Assembly (NCBI GenBank): GCA_030680605.1
Contig: JAUXUQ010000010.1
Location: 148,826-212,825 of the forward strand
Direction of reading: 5' to 3'
Length of the DNA stretch: 64,000 nt
Origin: Gammaproteobacteria bacterium
GTDB taxonomy: Bacteria; Pseudomonadota; Gammaproteobacteria; SURF-13
The notes below the pieces were generated by a model. That model had not been told where the DNA came from. It saw nothing but the letters and a program-made list of their open reading frames with translations, and did not search any database. Of the stretch, positions 50,729 through 60,562 are shown one piece after another; the stretch's first letter is position 1; each line of letters opens with the position of its first letter. The position numbers and the translations under genes are program-made.

Positions 50729-52093
50729 ATGACGTTCACCTCGATCAATCCCGCTACCGGCGCACTGCTCAAGACGGTGCAGCCCTGGGGCGAGTCTGCA
50801 CTGGAGCAATGTCTGCGGCAGGTGGCGCGGGCTGCACCGGCCTGGGCGGCACAACCACTGGCAGGCCGTGCGGCACTGCTGCGCCAGGTGGCGACGCTGT
50901 TGCGTACGCGCCAAGAGGCGCTGGCGCGCCTGATTACGCAGGAGATGGGGAAGTTGCTGGCGGAGGCGCAGGCGGAAATAGAGAAGTGTGCAGCGGGTTG
51001 CGAGTATTACGCCGAGCAGGGTGCGCAGTTTCTCGCCCCGGAAATTATTGCCAGTGACGCGACACGGAGCTATGTACGCTATGAACCACTCGGCACCGTG
51101 TTGGCGGTGATGCCGTGGAATTTTCCCTTCTGGCAGGTATTCCGCTGCGCCGCGCCCGCACTAATGGCGGGCAACAGCGTGGTGCTGAAGCATGCCGCTA
51201 ATGTGCCGCAGTGTGCACTCGCCATTGAGGAGTTGTTCGGTGCCGCCGGGTTTCCGGCGGATGTATTTCGCACGCTGCTGATTGAAAGCCAGCAGGTCGA
51301 GCGGGTGATTGCCGATCCACGGGTACAGGCGGTGAGCGTCACCGGCAGCATCGGGGCAGGGCGTGCCGTGGCCGCCGCTGCAGGCGGACAGTTGAAGAAA
51401 ACGGTGCTGGAGTTGGGCGGCTCGGACGCCTTTATCGTGCTCGACGATGCCGATCTGGAGGTCGCCGTGGCGCAGGCGGTGACCGCGCGTTTCCTGAATG
51501 CCGGGCAGAGCTGTATCGCTGCCAAGCGTATGATCGTGGTGCAGGGCGTCGCCGATGTGTTTGTGCAGGGTTTGAAGGCGGCCGTGGAGAGGTTACGTCC
51601 GGGTGACCCGCTGGCAGCAGCGACCACACTGGCGCCTTTGGCGCGTGCCGACCTGCGTGATGAATTGCACGCCCAGGTCAGCGACAGCATTGCGCAGGGC
51701 GCCCTAGCGGTGACTGGTTGTGCGCCGTTACCGGGGCCGGGCAATCATTACGCGCCCTCACTGCTGGATCAGGTCAAGCCCGGCATGCGTGCCTGGCACG
51801 AGGAGTTGTTCGGGCCGGTGGCGTGCGTGCTGCGTGCCCGCGATGAGCGCGATGCCGTGCGCATTGCCAATGACAGCTGTTTTGGTCTGGGCGGCAGCGT
51901 GTGGACGCAGGACAGCGCGCGCGGTGAGTACATTGCCTGCGCGCTGCAATGCGGGGCGGCCTTTGTGAACGGCATCGTGAAGAGCGACCCGCGTCTGCCC
52001 TTCGGCGGCATCAAGCAGTCCGGCTATGGCCGCGAACTGTCGCGCCACGGTCTGCTGGAGTTTGTGAACATCAAGACCGTGTGGATCAAATAG
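50729..52093 (+). CDS. NAD(P)-dependent aldehyde dehydrogenase (succinate-semialdehyde dehydrogenase-like)
   Basis: Catalytic Cys context 'NAGQSCIAAKR' and Glu 'LELGGSDA'. Confidence 0.85.
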   Translation: MTFTSINPATGALLKTVQPWGESALEQCLRQVARAAPAWAAQPLAGRAALLRQVATLLRTRQEALARLITQEMGKLLAEAQAEIEKCAAGCEYYAEQGAQFLAPEIIASDATRSYVRYEPLGTVLAVMPWNFPFWQVFRCAAPALMAGNSVVLKHAANVPQCALAIEELFGAAGFPADVFRTLLIESQQVERVIADPRVQAVSVTGSIGAGRAVAAAAGGQLKKTVLELGGSDAFIVLDDADLEVAVAQAVTARFLNAGQSCIAAKRMIVVQGVADVFVQGLKAAVERLRPGDPLAAATTLAPLARADLRDELHAQVSDSIAQGALAVTGCAPLPGPGNHYAPSLLDQVKPGMRAWHEELFGPVACVLRARDERDAVRIANDSCFGLGGSVWTQDSARGEYIACALQCGAAFVNGIVKSDPRLPFGGIKQSGYGRELSRHGLLEFVNIKTVWIK

Positions 52094-52097
52094 CGGC

Positions 52098-52889
52098 ATG
52101 GAGATTCTGCTGCTGTACCTGTTGCTGGGTGCCTTTGTCGGTGTCGTGGCGGGTTTGTTTGGCGTCGGTGGCGGCTTGATTATAGTGCCAGCGTTGCTGT
52201 TTATCTTTCACGGCAGTGGCATGTCCGCAACGGTGGTTATGCACATGGCGATAGGCACCTCGCTTGCCACCATCATGGTTACGTCGCTGTCCTCGGTGCG
52301 CGCCCATCATCAGCACGGCGCCGTGCTGTGGCCGATAGTGGCAAAGCTCGCGCCGGGGATTGTGGCGGGCACCCTGTTTGGGGCCTACATCGTGAATCAA
52401 CTGCCCAACGCCACACTGCGTATTATTTTTGGCGTGTTTGAGCTGCTGGTGGCGGCGCAAATGGCCTTTGGTATCAAGGCTGCACCGCACCGTCAGTTAC
52501 CGGGCTGGCCCGGCATGAGCGTGACGGGGGCGATCATCGGCAAGGTCTCCGCCATCATCGGTATCGGTGGCGGTACGCTCACCGTACCGTTTCTGGTCTG
52601 GTGCAATACCGGCATACGGCAGGCGGTGGCCACGTCCGCCGCCTGTGGCCTGCCTATCGCCGTCGCCGGTACGGTGGGGTTTGTCATCACCGGCTGGAAT
52701 ACGCCGCAATTGCCGGCCTGGAGTACGGGTTATATCTACTGGCCAGCCTTTGCCGGTATTGCGCTCGCCAGCGTGTTGTCTGCGCCGCTGGGTGCGCGGC
52801 TCGCACACACGCTGCCTGTTGGTCAGCTCAGGATTTATTTTTCTTTACTGCTGGCATTGCTTGGTATGCGGATGCTGTTATTCTCCTGA
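52098..52889 (+). CDS. Sulfite exporter TauE/SafE family membrane protein
   Basis: 263 aa with two 4-TM repeats, each carrying a '[10 protein letters not shown]' / '[10 protein letters not shown]' motif. Confidence 0.8.
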   Translation: MEILLLYLLLGAFVGVVAGLFGVGGGLIIVPALLFIFHGSGMSATVVMHMAIGTSLATIMVTSLSSVRAHHQHGAVLWPIVAKLAPGIVAGTLFGAYIVNQLPNATLRIIFGVFELLVAAQMAFGIKAAPHRQLPGWPGMSVTGAIIGKVSAIIGIGGGTLTVPFLVWCNTGIRQAVATSAACGLPIAVAGTVGFVITGWNTPQLPAWSTGYIYWPAFAGIALASVLSAPLGARLAHTLPVGQLRIYFSLLLALLGMRMLLFS

Positions 52890-52942
52890 GGTATTGCAGG
52901 GCAGCGCAGGTTACATTTGGGCTCTTAATGGAGGGATATCTC

Positions 52943-53689
52943 ATGGCACAGAAAACTGCACTGATCGTCGGCGGTAGCAGTGGAATCGGTCTTTCGGTCG
53001 CACTGATGCTCATGAAACAGGATGTCGCAGTGACCATCCTGGGCAAGAGTCCGCACAAGCTCAGCGCCGCGTACAAGTTGCTCGGTAAGGTGGCTACCAT
53101 CCAGGCCGATATTACGCTGAATGATGTGCAACGAGTGATAGAGGCCGTTAACAATGCGCCGGCCTATGACTACCTGGTGAGTGCCGCAGGTGTATTTGTG
53201 CCGAAGAAATTTGTTGAACACACTGCGGCAGATTATGAAAAGTACCTTTCCATAAACAAGGGCCACTTCTTTATCACGCAAGCGGTGGTGCGCAAGATGG
53301 TCGAGCGTGGACAGGGCGGGAGCATTGTCAATATCGGCTCCATGTGGGCACATCAGGCGGTGCTCGCTACGCCGTCATCTGCGTATTCCATGGCCAAGGC
53401 TGGATTGCACAGCCTTACGCAGCATCTCGCCATGGAGTTGGGCGAGTATCGGATTCGAGTGAATGCTGTTGCTCCCGCCGTGGTCGAGACGCCGGTCTAC
53501 GAAGCGTTCATTGAGCCGAGCAAGGTCAAGGAGACGCTCAAAAGTTTTGACAAATTTCATCCTATCGGGCGCATCGGTACGCCGGAGGATGTTGCCGAAG
53601 TGATCTGTTTCCTGCTTTCCGATCGCGCAGCCTGGGTGACTGGCGCGATCTGGGATGTAGACGGCGGTGTGATGGCGGGGCGGAACTGA
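52943..53689 (+). CDS. SDR-family oxidoreductase
   Basis: '[12 protein letters not shown]' and '[13 protein letters not shown]' (YxxxK). Confidence 0.8.
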   Translation: MAQKTALIVGGSSGIGLSVALMLMKQDVAVTILGKSPHKLSAAYKLLGKVATIQADITLNDVQRVIEAVNNAPAYDYLVSAAGVFVPKKFVEHTAADYEKYLSINKGHFFITQAVVRKMVERGQGGSIVNIGSMWAHQAVLATPSSAYSMAKAGLHSLTQHLAMELGEYRIRVNAVAPAVVETPVYEAFIEPSKVKETLKSFDKFHPIGRIGTPEDVAEVICFLLSDRAAWVTGAIWDVDGGVMAGRN

Positions 53690-53902
53690 TGGGGTGTGTC
53701 TGTCGCGATGGCTTTTGTGCTGGCATGGTTCGGTACCAAGCTCCGCAGGTCGAGGCAGGAAGACAGAGTGCGCCATGAAAAGACGCGCCGCATGCTGTAG
53801 AGCCTCCCGGTGCCCAGCGGTTGGTGCAGTTTTCGCTCGCAACAGTGGTTGAGACGAGAGATGCATTGCCACTGCGCTGGAAATTCGATAATTACTCGCA
53901 GT

Positions 53903-55117
53903 TCAATCCGGGTTCGTAGTGCAGCGACGCATGACGTACAACCACAGCATGCCGAACAGAATGAGCACGCCAAAGCCGAATGCGACATACGTAATTGATA
54001 CGCCCGTGCCGATGATCAGGGTATACAGCCCGACCAGCACCAGCATGGCAATATTCTCGCTGAAATTCTGTACCGCAACCGCATGCCCGGCACCGACCGT
54101 TTCATGACCGCGCTCCTGCAACAGCGCATTTAGCGGCACCACAAACATGCCGCCGCAAGCGCCGATCAGCACCAGCAGGACAATACCGGTATAGATATCC
54201 TGCACGAAGGCAAGCGCCATGACCACACACCCCAGCAGCAGACCGGGGTAGAGCACGCGGTTTACCGTCGGCAGGGTGATGTAACGGGCGGCGAGTAGCG
54301 CCCCCAGCGCGATCCCCACCGCTACGACTCCACTCAAATTGGCCGGGGTTTTGTTGTCGCTGATCAGCAGCGCTATCGGCACCCAGGCCACCAGCAGAAA
54401 ACGCAAGGTGCTGCCGCTGCCCCAGAATAAACTGGTGCCGACCAGTGAGAAGCGTGCGTCACGGTTGCGGTACAGGGTAGACAAGGCAAGGCGAAAATCC
54501 TTGACCAGTACCTGCAAGCCCGTGCGCTGTAACGGGTGCTCGGGTGCGAGGCGCGGAATCAGGAGATTGCTGAGCGCTGCCAGCAGATAACAGAGGGTGA
54601 TGGAGACCAGCGCCAGTTGTACCGAGATGTCAGCGAGTATGCCGCCTGCCACAGCGCCCAGCAGAATGGCAATGATGGTGGAGCCTTCCATCAGGCTGTT
54701 GGCCTTGACCAGCTGATCGGTGCTGACCAGTTGGCGCAGAATGCCGTATTTCGCCGGCGAATAGGCGGCGGCGCCCAGCCCCACCAGACCGTAGGCCAGC
54801 CAGGGATTGAGTCCGCCCAGCATCGCTGCGGCGCCAAAGAATTTCAGGCCATTGCCCAGCATCATCACCCGCCCTTTGGGAAAGCTGTCGGCGAAGGGCC
54901 CGACAAAGGGCGCGAACACAATAAAGGCCAGAATAAAAAACTCCTGCAACAGCGGTGCGTGCCAGTTTTGGTAGGTGGCCAGTGATTTGACCAGTGCAAT
55001 CGCGGCAAACAACAGTGCGTTATCCGCCAGGGCGGACAGAAACTGTGCCACCAGCACGGCCAGTATCGGGCGCGACATGAGTTTTACATCCAGGGTGTTA
55101 TTGGCAAGGCTGGTCAT
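53903..55117 (-). CDS. lplT: Lysophospholipid transporter LplT (MFS)
   Basis: 12-TM MFS protein in the same operon as aas. Confidence 0.8.
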   Translation of the reverse strand: MTSLANNTLDVKLMSRPILAVLVAQFLSALADNALLFAAIALVKSLATYQNWHAPLLQEFFILAFIVFAPFVGPFADSFPKGRVMMLGNGLKFFGAAAMLGGLNPWLAYGLVGLGAAAYSPAKYGILRQLVSTDQLVKANSLMEGSTIIAILLGAVAGGILADISVQLALVSITLCYLLAALSNLLIPRLAPEHPLQRTGLQVLVKDFRLALSTLYRNRDARFSLVGTSLFWGSGSTLRFLLVAWVPIALLISDNKTPANLSGVVAVGIALGALLAARYITLPTVNRVLYPGLLLGCVVMALAFVQDIYTGIVLLVLIGACGGMFVVPLNALLQERGHETVGAGHAVAVQNFSENIAMLVLVGLYTLIIGTGVSITYVAFGFGVLILFGMLWLYVMRRCTTNPD

Positions 55118-56346
55118 GTGGGTTTGAAAAATGTACGGGTTTCAAAAATGGAGCGGGCAAACTGTCTGGCGCCAAGGCGTAGCTGGCGCTTGGTGACAAA
55201 ATCAAACAGCAATGGGTTGTAGGTGCGCAGCGCTTGCAGAATGGGTACGGCGGCGGCATCCAGCAACTGCAAGTCAACCAGCAGGCGCATTGAGAACAGC
55301 GGCATGACGCCGGGTAGCGGGTAGTCCGAACCGTTGAGCAGTCGCGCGTGCCAGTCATCACGTTGCAGTACCCGTTTGAGATGGTGCGCGCGGTTGGTCT
55401 GCGTCATGGCCGAGATGTCGCCAAACAATTTGCCATAGTAGCGCGGGTCATCCATAAGGCGCTCGAACAAATCGATGCTGTCCACCCACGGGCCGTTTGT
55501 GCCGCGATCCAGGTCGCGATCCTGGCCCAGCGAGGCGCAGTGTGCTGTTACTACGCGCACGCCGTGCTCCAGGGCGCGGCGCAACCTGAGCGGGTTGCCG
55601 TATTCCTGGTGGTTGCCACCGTGCAAGGCACGCTCAGTGCCCGCATGGGTAATGAGCGAAATGTCATGCCGGGCCAGCGCCGCATAAAAGCGGTCACACA
55701 ACGGCGAGGCGGGATCAATACCCATTGCCGCTGGCAGCCATTTTATGGCGCGCGCACCCTGGGTAACGGCATCATCCAGGGCCGCTACGCAATCACGCCG
55801 GTAGGGATGGATAGAGGCCACCCACTCGTACCAATCCGGGTGTTGCTGCGCCACCTGGCGGGCGTAATTGTTCGGTGTATAAAGTGTGGTGCGGCGCTCA
55901 TCGGGTGCGCCGGCCTCGGTGTAGTAGCGGTCAAAGGCCAGCAACAGCAGCTTGCTGCCGTTGCGCATGTCCCCCATCAGGCGGTTCATGCGCCGCAGAT
56001 AACCCCGGTCAATTCCATCGCTGCCGCCGCTGGCGCAGCCGCCATTCAGAAAGAATCGCTTTTGCGCATATTGAACCGGGTGTAACAGACTGTCCATGTC
56101 AATGCTCACCCGGATACCACTGCCGCTGTCGCCGGTACCTATGAGGTGGGCATGGCTGTCCCAGACATTCTCGGGGCGCAGTCCGTGCCATGCGGCCTGC
56201 ACCAGTTCATGTTGCGCGAGACGGCTCGGTAAACTATCGAGACAGGGATTGATGAAACCTTGTTCCGGCCATAGCCGCCAGCCGGTCACGCCCAGCACCG
56301 GCAGTGCAAGTGCGGCCCCGCCCCGCAGGAAATCCCGCCGCTTCAT
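55114..56346 (-). CDS. Tat-exported amidohydrolase-family (amidohydrolase_2-like) metal-dependent hydrolase
   Basis: 'MKRRDFLRGGAALALPVLG' Tat signal with a TIM-barrel hydrolase His/Asp pattern. Four-base ATGA overlaps on both sides with aas and lplT. Confidence 0.65.
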   Translation of the reverse strand: MKRRDFLRGGAALALPVLGVTGWRLWPEQGFINPCLDSLPSRLAQHELVQAAWHGLRPENVWDSHAHLIGTGDSGSGIRVSIDMDSLLHPVQYAQKRFFLNGGCASGGSDGIDRGYLRRMNRLMGDMRNGSKLLLLAFDRYYTEAGAPDERRTTLYTPNNYARQVAQQHPDWYEWVASIHPYRRDCVAALDDAVTQGARAIKWLPAAMGIDPASPLCDRFYAALARHDISLITHAGTERALHGGNHQEYGNPLRLRRALEHGVRVVTAHCASLGQDRDLDRGTNGPWVDSIDLFERLMDDPRYYGKLFGDISAMTQTNRAHHLKRVLQRDDWHARLLNGSDYPLPGVMPLFSMRLLVDLQLLDAAAVPILQALRTYNPLLFDFVTKRQLRLGARQFARSIFETRTFFKPT

Positions 56347-58517
56347 GACATCTGCTCTGCCAGTGCGTGGATGGCAACGTAATCAAGCTTGCCGGTGCCG
56401 AGCAGGGGCAGTTCGGTGACATGCAGAATTCTGCGCGGCACAGCAATGTCGGCGTGGCCGAGTGCGCGCCCTGCGTGCTGGAGGGCCTCTCTGGAGAGCT
56501 GTGCGTCGGTGCTGACCAGTACGATGGCCTCGCCTCGCTGTGGATCAATGAGCGCCGTGGCCGCATGTTGTGCGTCAGGCGAGGCATGTCTGGCGATCTG
56601 CTCCACCACTTCCAGAGACACCATCTCGCCGGCCACCTTGGCGAAACGTTTGACGCGGCCAACGATACGCACAAAGCCATTGTTATCAATCTCGACGATA
56701 TCACCGGTGCAATACCAGCCCTGTCCTGCCTCTGACGCGGGCGGCTCAAGCACCCCGGGACGCTCATGCCGGTAATAACCGGACATGATATTCGGCCCGC
56801 GCACATGCAACAGGCCGCCGCGCTCGATGCCGGGTACGGGCAGCAGGCGCGTCTCAATGCCGGGGAGAAACTGGCCGACTGTTCCGGCAGAATAGGCCAG
56901 AGGGGTGTTGACGGCCAGTACCGGAGCGGTTTCGGTAGCGCCATAGCCCTCCAGTATGCGTACGCCGAATTTTTCAGACCACACGCTGCGTACCGCATCT
57001 GATAATTTCTCGGCGCCGGCGATCACGTAGCGCAGGCGGTGGAAGTCGTAGGGGTGGGCGAACTTGGCATAGTTACCGAGAAAGGTGCTGGTACCGTACA
57101 GCACCGTGCATGCCTGGTCATATACCAGCTCCGGGATGATGCGGTAATGCAGTGGCGACGGGTACAGAAACAGCCGGGTGCCGGTCAGCAGGGGCAGCAG
57201 TGCGCCTGCCGTCAGTCCAAATGAATGGAACACAGGCATGGCATTGAGTATCTTGTCCTGCGGGGAGAAATCTATCACCGAGCGTATCTGGTTTATGTTG
57301 GCGAGCAGCGCGCGATGCGATAACACCACCCCTTTGGGTTTTCCTTCCGAGCCCGACGTAAACAAGACCACGGCGGTAGCCTCCGGATCGCAGGCTTTGA
57401 TGGCGCGGCGAGGGAAGGGTAATGCCAGCAGCACCAGCCACAGCTTGTCGAGGAGGGTAAGGCGTGCGCGCATGTCCTCCAGATAAAGCAGGCGGACATC
57501 GCTCAGTGCCGCAAGCTGCTGTGTGAGATCGGCCTTGGCAACAAACTCGCGCGAGCTAATGATGGTTTTTATCCGGGCTGCATGACAGGCGCTTTGCATG
57601 GCTTCCAAGCCGGCCGTGTAGTTGAGCATGGCCGGCACACGGCCCCAGGCGTTCAGGCCCAGAAGCAGACAGAGCGTGCTGGTGATGTTGGGTAGCAGGA
57701 TGCCTACCTGCTCATGCGGTTGACTGAACTTGGCGCTCAAGCGCCCCAAGGCCAGCGTCATTTTCAGGATCTGCCCGTAGGAGTACGCGGCTTGCTTGAT
57801 GTCGCCCACGACGACGTGGTTACGCCCATAGCGCCGTATCGTAGTGAGTAGCTGGCCGTGGAGAGTTTGTTTCGGCTGGCTATTAAATACCATGGCCTGC
57901 ATGATTTTGCGCAAGGCCTCGCCTGCCAGTTGGCGATATTGCTTGGGGTTGTCCGTGGCGGGCAGGGATAGACGGATGGGGGGCTGGATCGCAATGCGTA
58001 CCGTGGGAAACAGCGTGTGCGGGTAGCTGTCGCGGGTGCGGCTGAACCAGGAGCCGATCAGGCCCTCAATCCCGATCGGGATGATCGTGGCATTTGTTTT
58101 GGCGGCGGCAAAGGCCGGGCCATCATAGATTTTCATCAGGCCGCCGGTGGTGGTGATGCGGCCTTCCGGGAAAATCATCACCGGGCGGCCTTGCTCCAGC
58201 AGCCGGATAACCTTCTTGATGGCCAGGGGATTTGCCGGATCAATTGTCAAATGGTCTATCAATGCCAGCACAACACGGAATGAGCGTACACGTGCAATAT
58301 CGGTGTTGACGACGAACACCGGATCGACAGGCAGAAACAGGCCAAACAGCAACCCATCCAGAAACGACTGATGGTTGGCGATGATGAGCAGCCTTTTGTC
58401 CGCAGGCAATACCAGTTCTCCGGTAACTTGCACCCGGTATACGAGGCGGAACAAAAGTCTCAGAAATGTTTTTAATAGCAGTCTGAACATGTTCTCTCCA
58501 TCAGTAACATGCGACAC
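56343..58517 (-). CDS. aas: Bifunctional 2-acylglycerophosphoethanolamine acyltransferase / acyl-ACP synthetase Aas
   Basis: N-terminal PlsC acyltransferase 'ANHQSFLDG' (HX4D) and a C-terminal AMP-binding domain 'LFTSGSEGKPKGV'. Confidence 0.88.
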   Translation of the reverse strand: MSHVTDGENMFRLLLKTFLRLLFRLVYRVQVTGELVLPADKRLLIIANHQSFLDGLLFGLFLPVDPVFVVNTDIARVRSFRVVLALIDHLTIDPANPLAIKKVIRLLEQGRPVMIFPEGRITTTGGLMKIYDGPAFAAAKTNATIIPIGIEGLIGSWFSRTRDSYPHTLFPTVRIAIQPPIRLSLPATDNPKQYRQLAGEALRKIMQAMVFNSQPKQTLHGQLLTTIRRYGRNHVVVGDIKQAAYSYGQILKMTLALGRLSAKFSQPHEQVGILLPNITSTLCLLLGLNAWGRVPAMLNYTAGLEAMQSACHAARIKTIISSREFVAKADLTQQLAALSDVRLLYLEDMRARLTLLDKLWLVLLALPFPRRAIKACDPEATAVVLFTSGSEGKPKGVVLSHRALLANINQIRSVIDFSPQDKILNAMPVFHSFGLTAGALLPLLTGTRLFLYPSPLHYRIIPELVYDQACTVLYGTSTFLGNYAKFAHPYDFHRLRYVIAGAEKLSDAVRSVWSEKFGVRILEGYGATETAPVLAVNTPLAYSAGTVGQFLPGIETRLLPVPGIERGGLLHVRGPNIMSGYYRHERPGVLEPPASEAGQGWYCTGDIVEIDNNGFVRIVGRVKRFAKVAGEMVSLEVVEQIARHASPDAQHAATALIDPQRGEAIVLVSTDAQLSREALQHAGRALGHADIAVPRRILHVTELPLLGTGKLDYVAIHALAEQMS

Positions 58518-58536
58518 AGATTCGGTCGTGGTAATG

Positions 58537-58848
58537 CTAGCTTTTGTTTTTCACGTAGTCTCGCACGTCTTTCATGATCTGCAATAGCAAGGGTTTGTTG
58601 ATCCACAGATACACTTCCTTGCCGACTTTCTCGCTCAGTAATACCTGAGCCTCGCGCAACACCCGCAAGTGGTGATCCACGGCCGAGCGTGAGAGGCTGG
58701 AAACAGCCACGATCTGGCTTACATTCAGCCGCTCACCTGGCTCGAAGGTGAGCAGGATGCGCTGGCGGTGTTCATCGCCCAGGGCGGTAAAGGCCTTGGA
58801 GACCGATCGCCATTGTGTTGGAAGGGCGCGAAGATAATGCTTATTCAT
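58537..58848 (-). CDS. ArsR/SmtB-family transcriptional regulator
   Basis: 103-aa wHTH protein with 'LNVSQIVAVSSLSRSAVDHHLRVLREAQVL'. Confidence 0.8.
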   Translation of the reverse strand: MNKHYLRALPTQWRSVSKAFTALGDEHRQRILLTFEPGERLNVSQIVAVSSLSRSAVDHHLRVLREAQVLLSEKVGKEVYLWINKPLLLQIMKDVRDYVKNKS

Positions 58849-58862
58849 AACTACATGCTTAT

Positions 58863-58878
58863 TTATATAGTTATATAA
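58863..58878. promoter_or_regulatory. 7-2-7 inverted repeat TTATATA-gt-TATATAA immediately upstream of the ArsR-family gene (candidate autoregulatory operator / -10 region)
   Basis: Read directly, 15 nt upstream of the regulator start codon, in an AT-rich 60-bp gap. Confidence 0.4.
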
Positions 58879-58909
58879 GTCAAGCGCCTGTTGAGAGGTT
58901 TTTTACGGA

Positions 58910-59857
58910 TCAGGCGGAGCGCTGGTTTTTTGCCTGTAAATCAGCATGGTACGATGAGCGTACCATGGGGCCGCTGGCTACATTGCTGAAGCCCATGCGC
59001 CTGCCGGTTTCAGCCAGCTGGTCAAATTCCTGCGGGGTGACAAAGCGTTCCACTGCGAGGTGATGGCGGCTGGGTTGCAGGTACTGGCCAAGGGTCAGCA
59101 TGTCGACGTCGTGCGCGCGCAAATCCTGCATCACCTGCTCGATCTCGGCCAGCTCTTCACCCAGACCCAGCATCAAGCCAGATTTGGTGGGCACCCCGGG
59201 GTGGGCGGCCTTGAAGCGCTGGAGCAGGGTGAGTGAATACTGGTAGTCAGCGCCGGGACGGGCCTGCTTGTACAAGCGCGGCACGGTTTCCAGATTGTGG
59301 TTGAACACATCGGGCGGTGCCTGCTGCATGATGTCGAGGGCGATATCCATGCGGCCGCGAAAGTCCGGCGTCAGGACTTCAATGCGTGTCTGGGGTGACT
59401 GCTGGCGCACGGCCTGTATGCAATTGACGAAGTGCTCCGCACCGCCATCACGCAGGTCATCACGATCTACCGAGGTGATCACGACATATTTCAGACCCAT
59501 GGACTGGATGACGTGGGCCAGATTGGCGGGTTCCTGGGTATCCAGCGCTTCGGGTTTGCCGTGCGCGACATCGCAGAACGGGCAGCGTCGAGTGCAGATC
59601 GCCCCCATGATCATGAAGGTGGCCGTACCGTGGCCGAAGCATTCGCCGAGATTGGGGCAGGCGGCCTCCTCACACACGGTGTGCAGGCGGTGTTCGCGCA
59701 AAATGCCCTTGAGGCGTGCGACCTCCGGGCTGGCGGTGGATTTGGCGCGTATCCAGGCCGGCTTGCGCCCCAGCGTGGTGCTGGGAACGACCTTGATCGG
59801 GATGCGCGCCATCTTGGAGGCGCCTTTCAGTTCACGCAGAGTTTCGTTGTTGGCCAT
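58910..59857 (-). CDS. lipA: Lipoyl synthase
   Basis: Radical-SAM 'CTRRCPFC' and auxiliary cluster '[12 protein letters not shown]'. Confidence 0.93.
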   Translation of the reverse strand: MANNETLRELKGASKMARIPIKVVPSTTLGRKPAWIRAKSTASPEVARLKGILREHRLHTVCEEAACPNLGECFGHGTATFMIMGAICTRRCPFCDVAHGKPEALDTQEPANLAHVIQSMGLKYVVITSVDRDDLRDGGAEHFVNCIQAVRQQSPQTRIEVLTPDFRGRMDIALDIMQQAPPDVFNHNLETVPRLYKQARPGADYQYSLTLLQRFKAAHPGVPTKSGLMLGLGEELAEIEQVMQDLRAHDVDMLTLGQYLQPSRHHLAVERFVTPQEFDQLAETGRRMGFSNVASGPMVRSSYHADLQAKNQRSA

Positions 59858-59869
59858 GTGCAGATGCTA

Positions 59870-60562
59870 TCAGTAGCCGACCGTGGGGTGGGGCGGGTCG
59901 GCAGGTAAGGTGTGGGTGGTCTGTTCCAGCGCGCTAGTGTAACCCAGGTGATGTGCCAGTTGGGCAACCAGACGGCTGGCCGTCTGGGCCGGGTCGGCCG
60001 GGATGCCGAGCGTGCGCATGTCGGTGACTGGCAGCCCGGGCTGGCCGCAAGGCTGGATCTGCGCGTAGGGGGTGAGATCCATGGCCACGTTGAGGCTGAG
60101 GCCGTGGTAGCAATGGCCATGACGCACGCGCAGGCCGAGGGCGGCAATCTTGGCGCCGCCGACATACACGCCAGGTGCGTCGCGGCGGGCGCTGGCGCTG
60201 ACGCCATGGTCGGCGAGCAGGGCGATGACGGACTGCTCCAGCGCGTTGACCAGCTGGCGGACGCCGAGGCCGCGTCGGCGCAGATCAAGCAGCACATAGG
60301 CGACAACCTGCCCCGGGCCATGATAGGTCATCTGGCCGCCGCGATCGCTGTGTACGACGGGAATCGCAGCACTGCCGCAGTCAGCAGGTGTGTATTGCGC
60401 GTTGAGCCCGCAGGTGAATACCGGCGGGTGCTGTACTAACCAGATTTCATCCGTGGTCGAGGGGGTGCGGGCGGCGGTAAAGGCGCGCATGGTCTCCCAT
60501 ACCGGGGTGTAATCACGCACACCCAGTTGCCGCACCCGTACCTCGGTGGCGGGTTCAGGCAT
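59870..60562 (-). CDS. lipB: Octanoyltransferase LipB
   Basis: 'RGGQMTYHGPGQ' and 'KIAALGLRV' motifs. Confidence 0.9.
   Translation of the reverse strand: MPEPATEVRVRQLGVRDYTPVWETMRAFTAARTPSTTDEIWLVQHPPVFTCGLNAQYTPADCGSAAIPVVHSDRGGQMTYHGPGQVVAYVLLDLRRRGLGVRQLVNALEQSVIALLADHGVSASARRDAPGVYVGGAKIAALGLRVRHGHCYHGLSLNVAMDLTPYAQIQPCGQPGLPVTDMRTLGIPADPAQTASRLVAQLAHHLGYTSALEQTTHTLPADPPHPTVGY

Noticed and set aside
53690-53902. 213-bp convergent gap between the SDR gene and lplT, examined for tRNA/sRNA/terminator
   Set aside because: Only a weak 7-bp stem (GCAGTGG...CCACTGC) with a 21-nt loop and no T-tract. No tRNA-like cloverleaf discernible.
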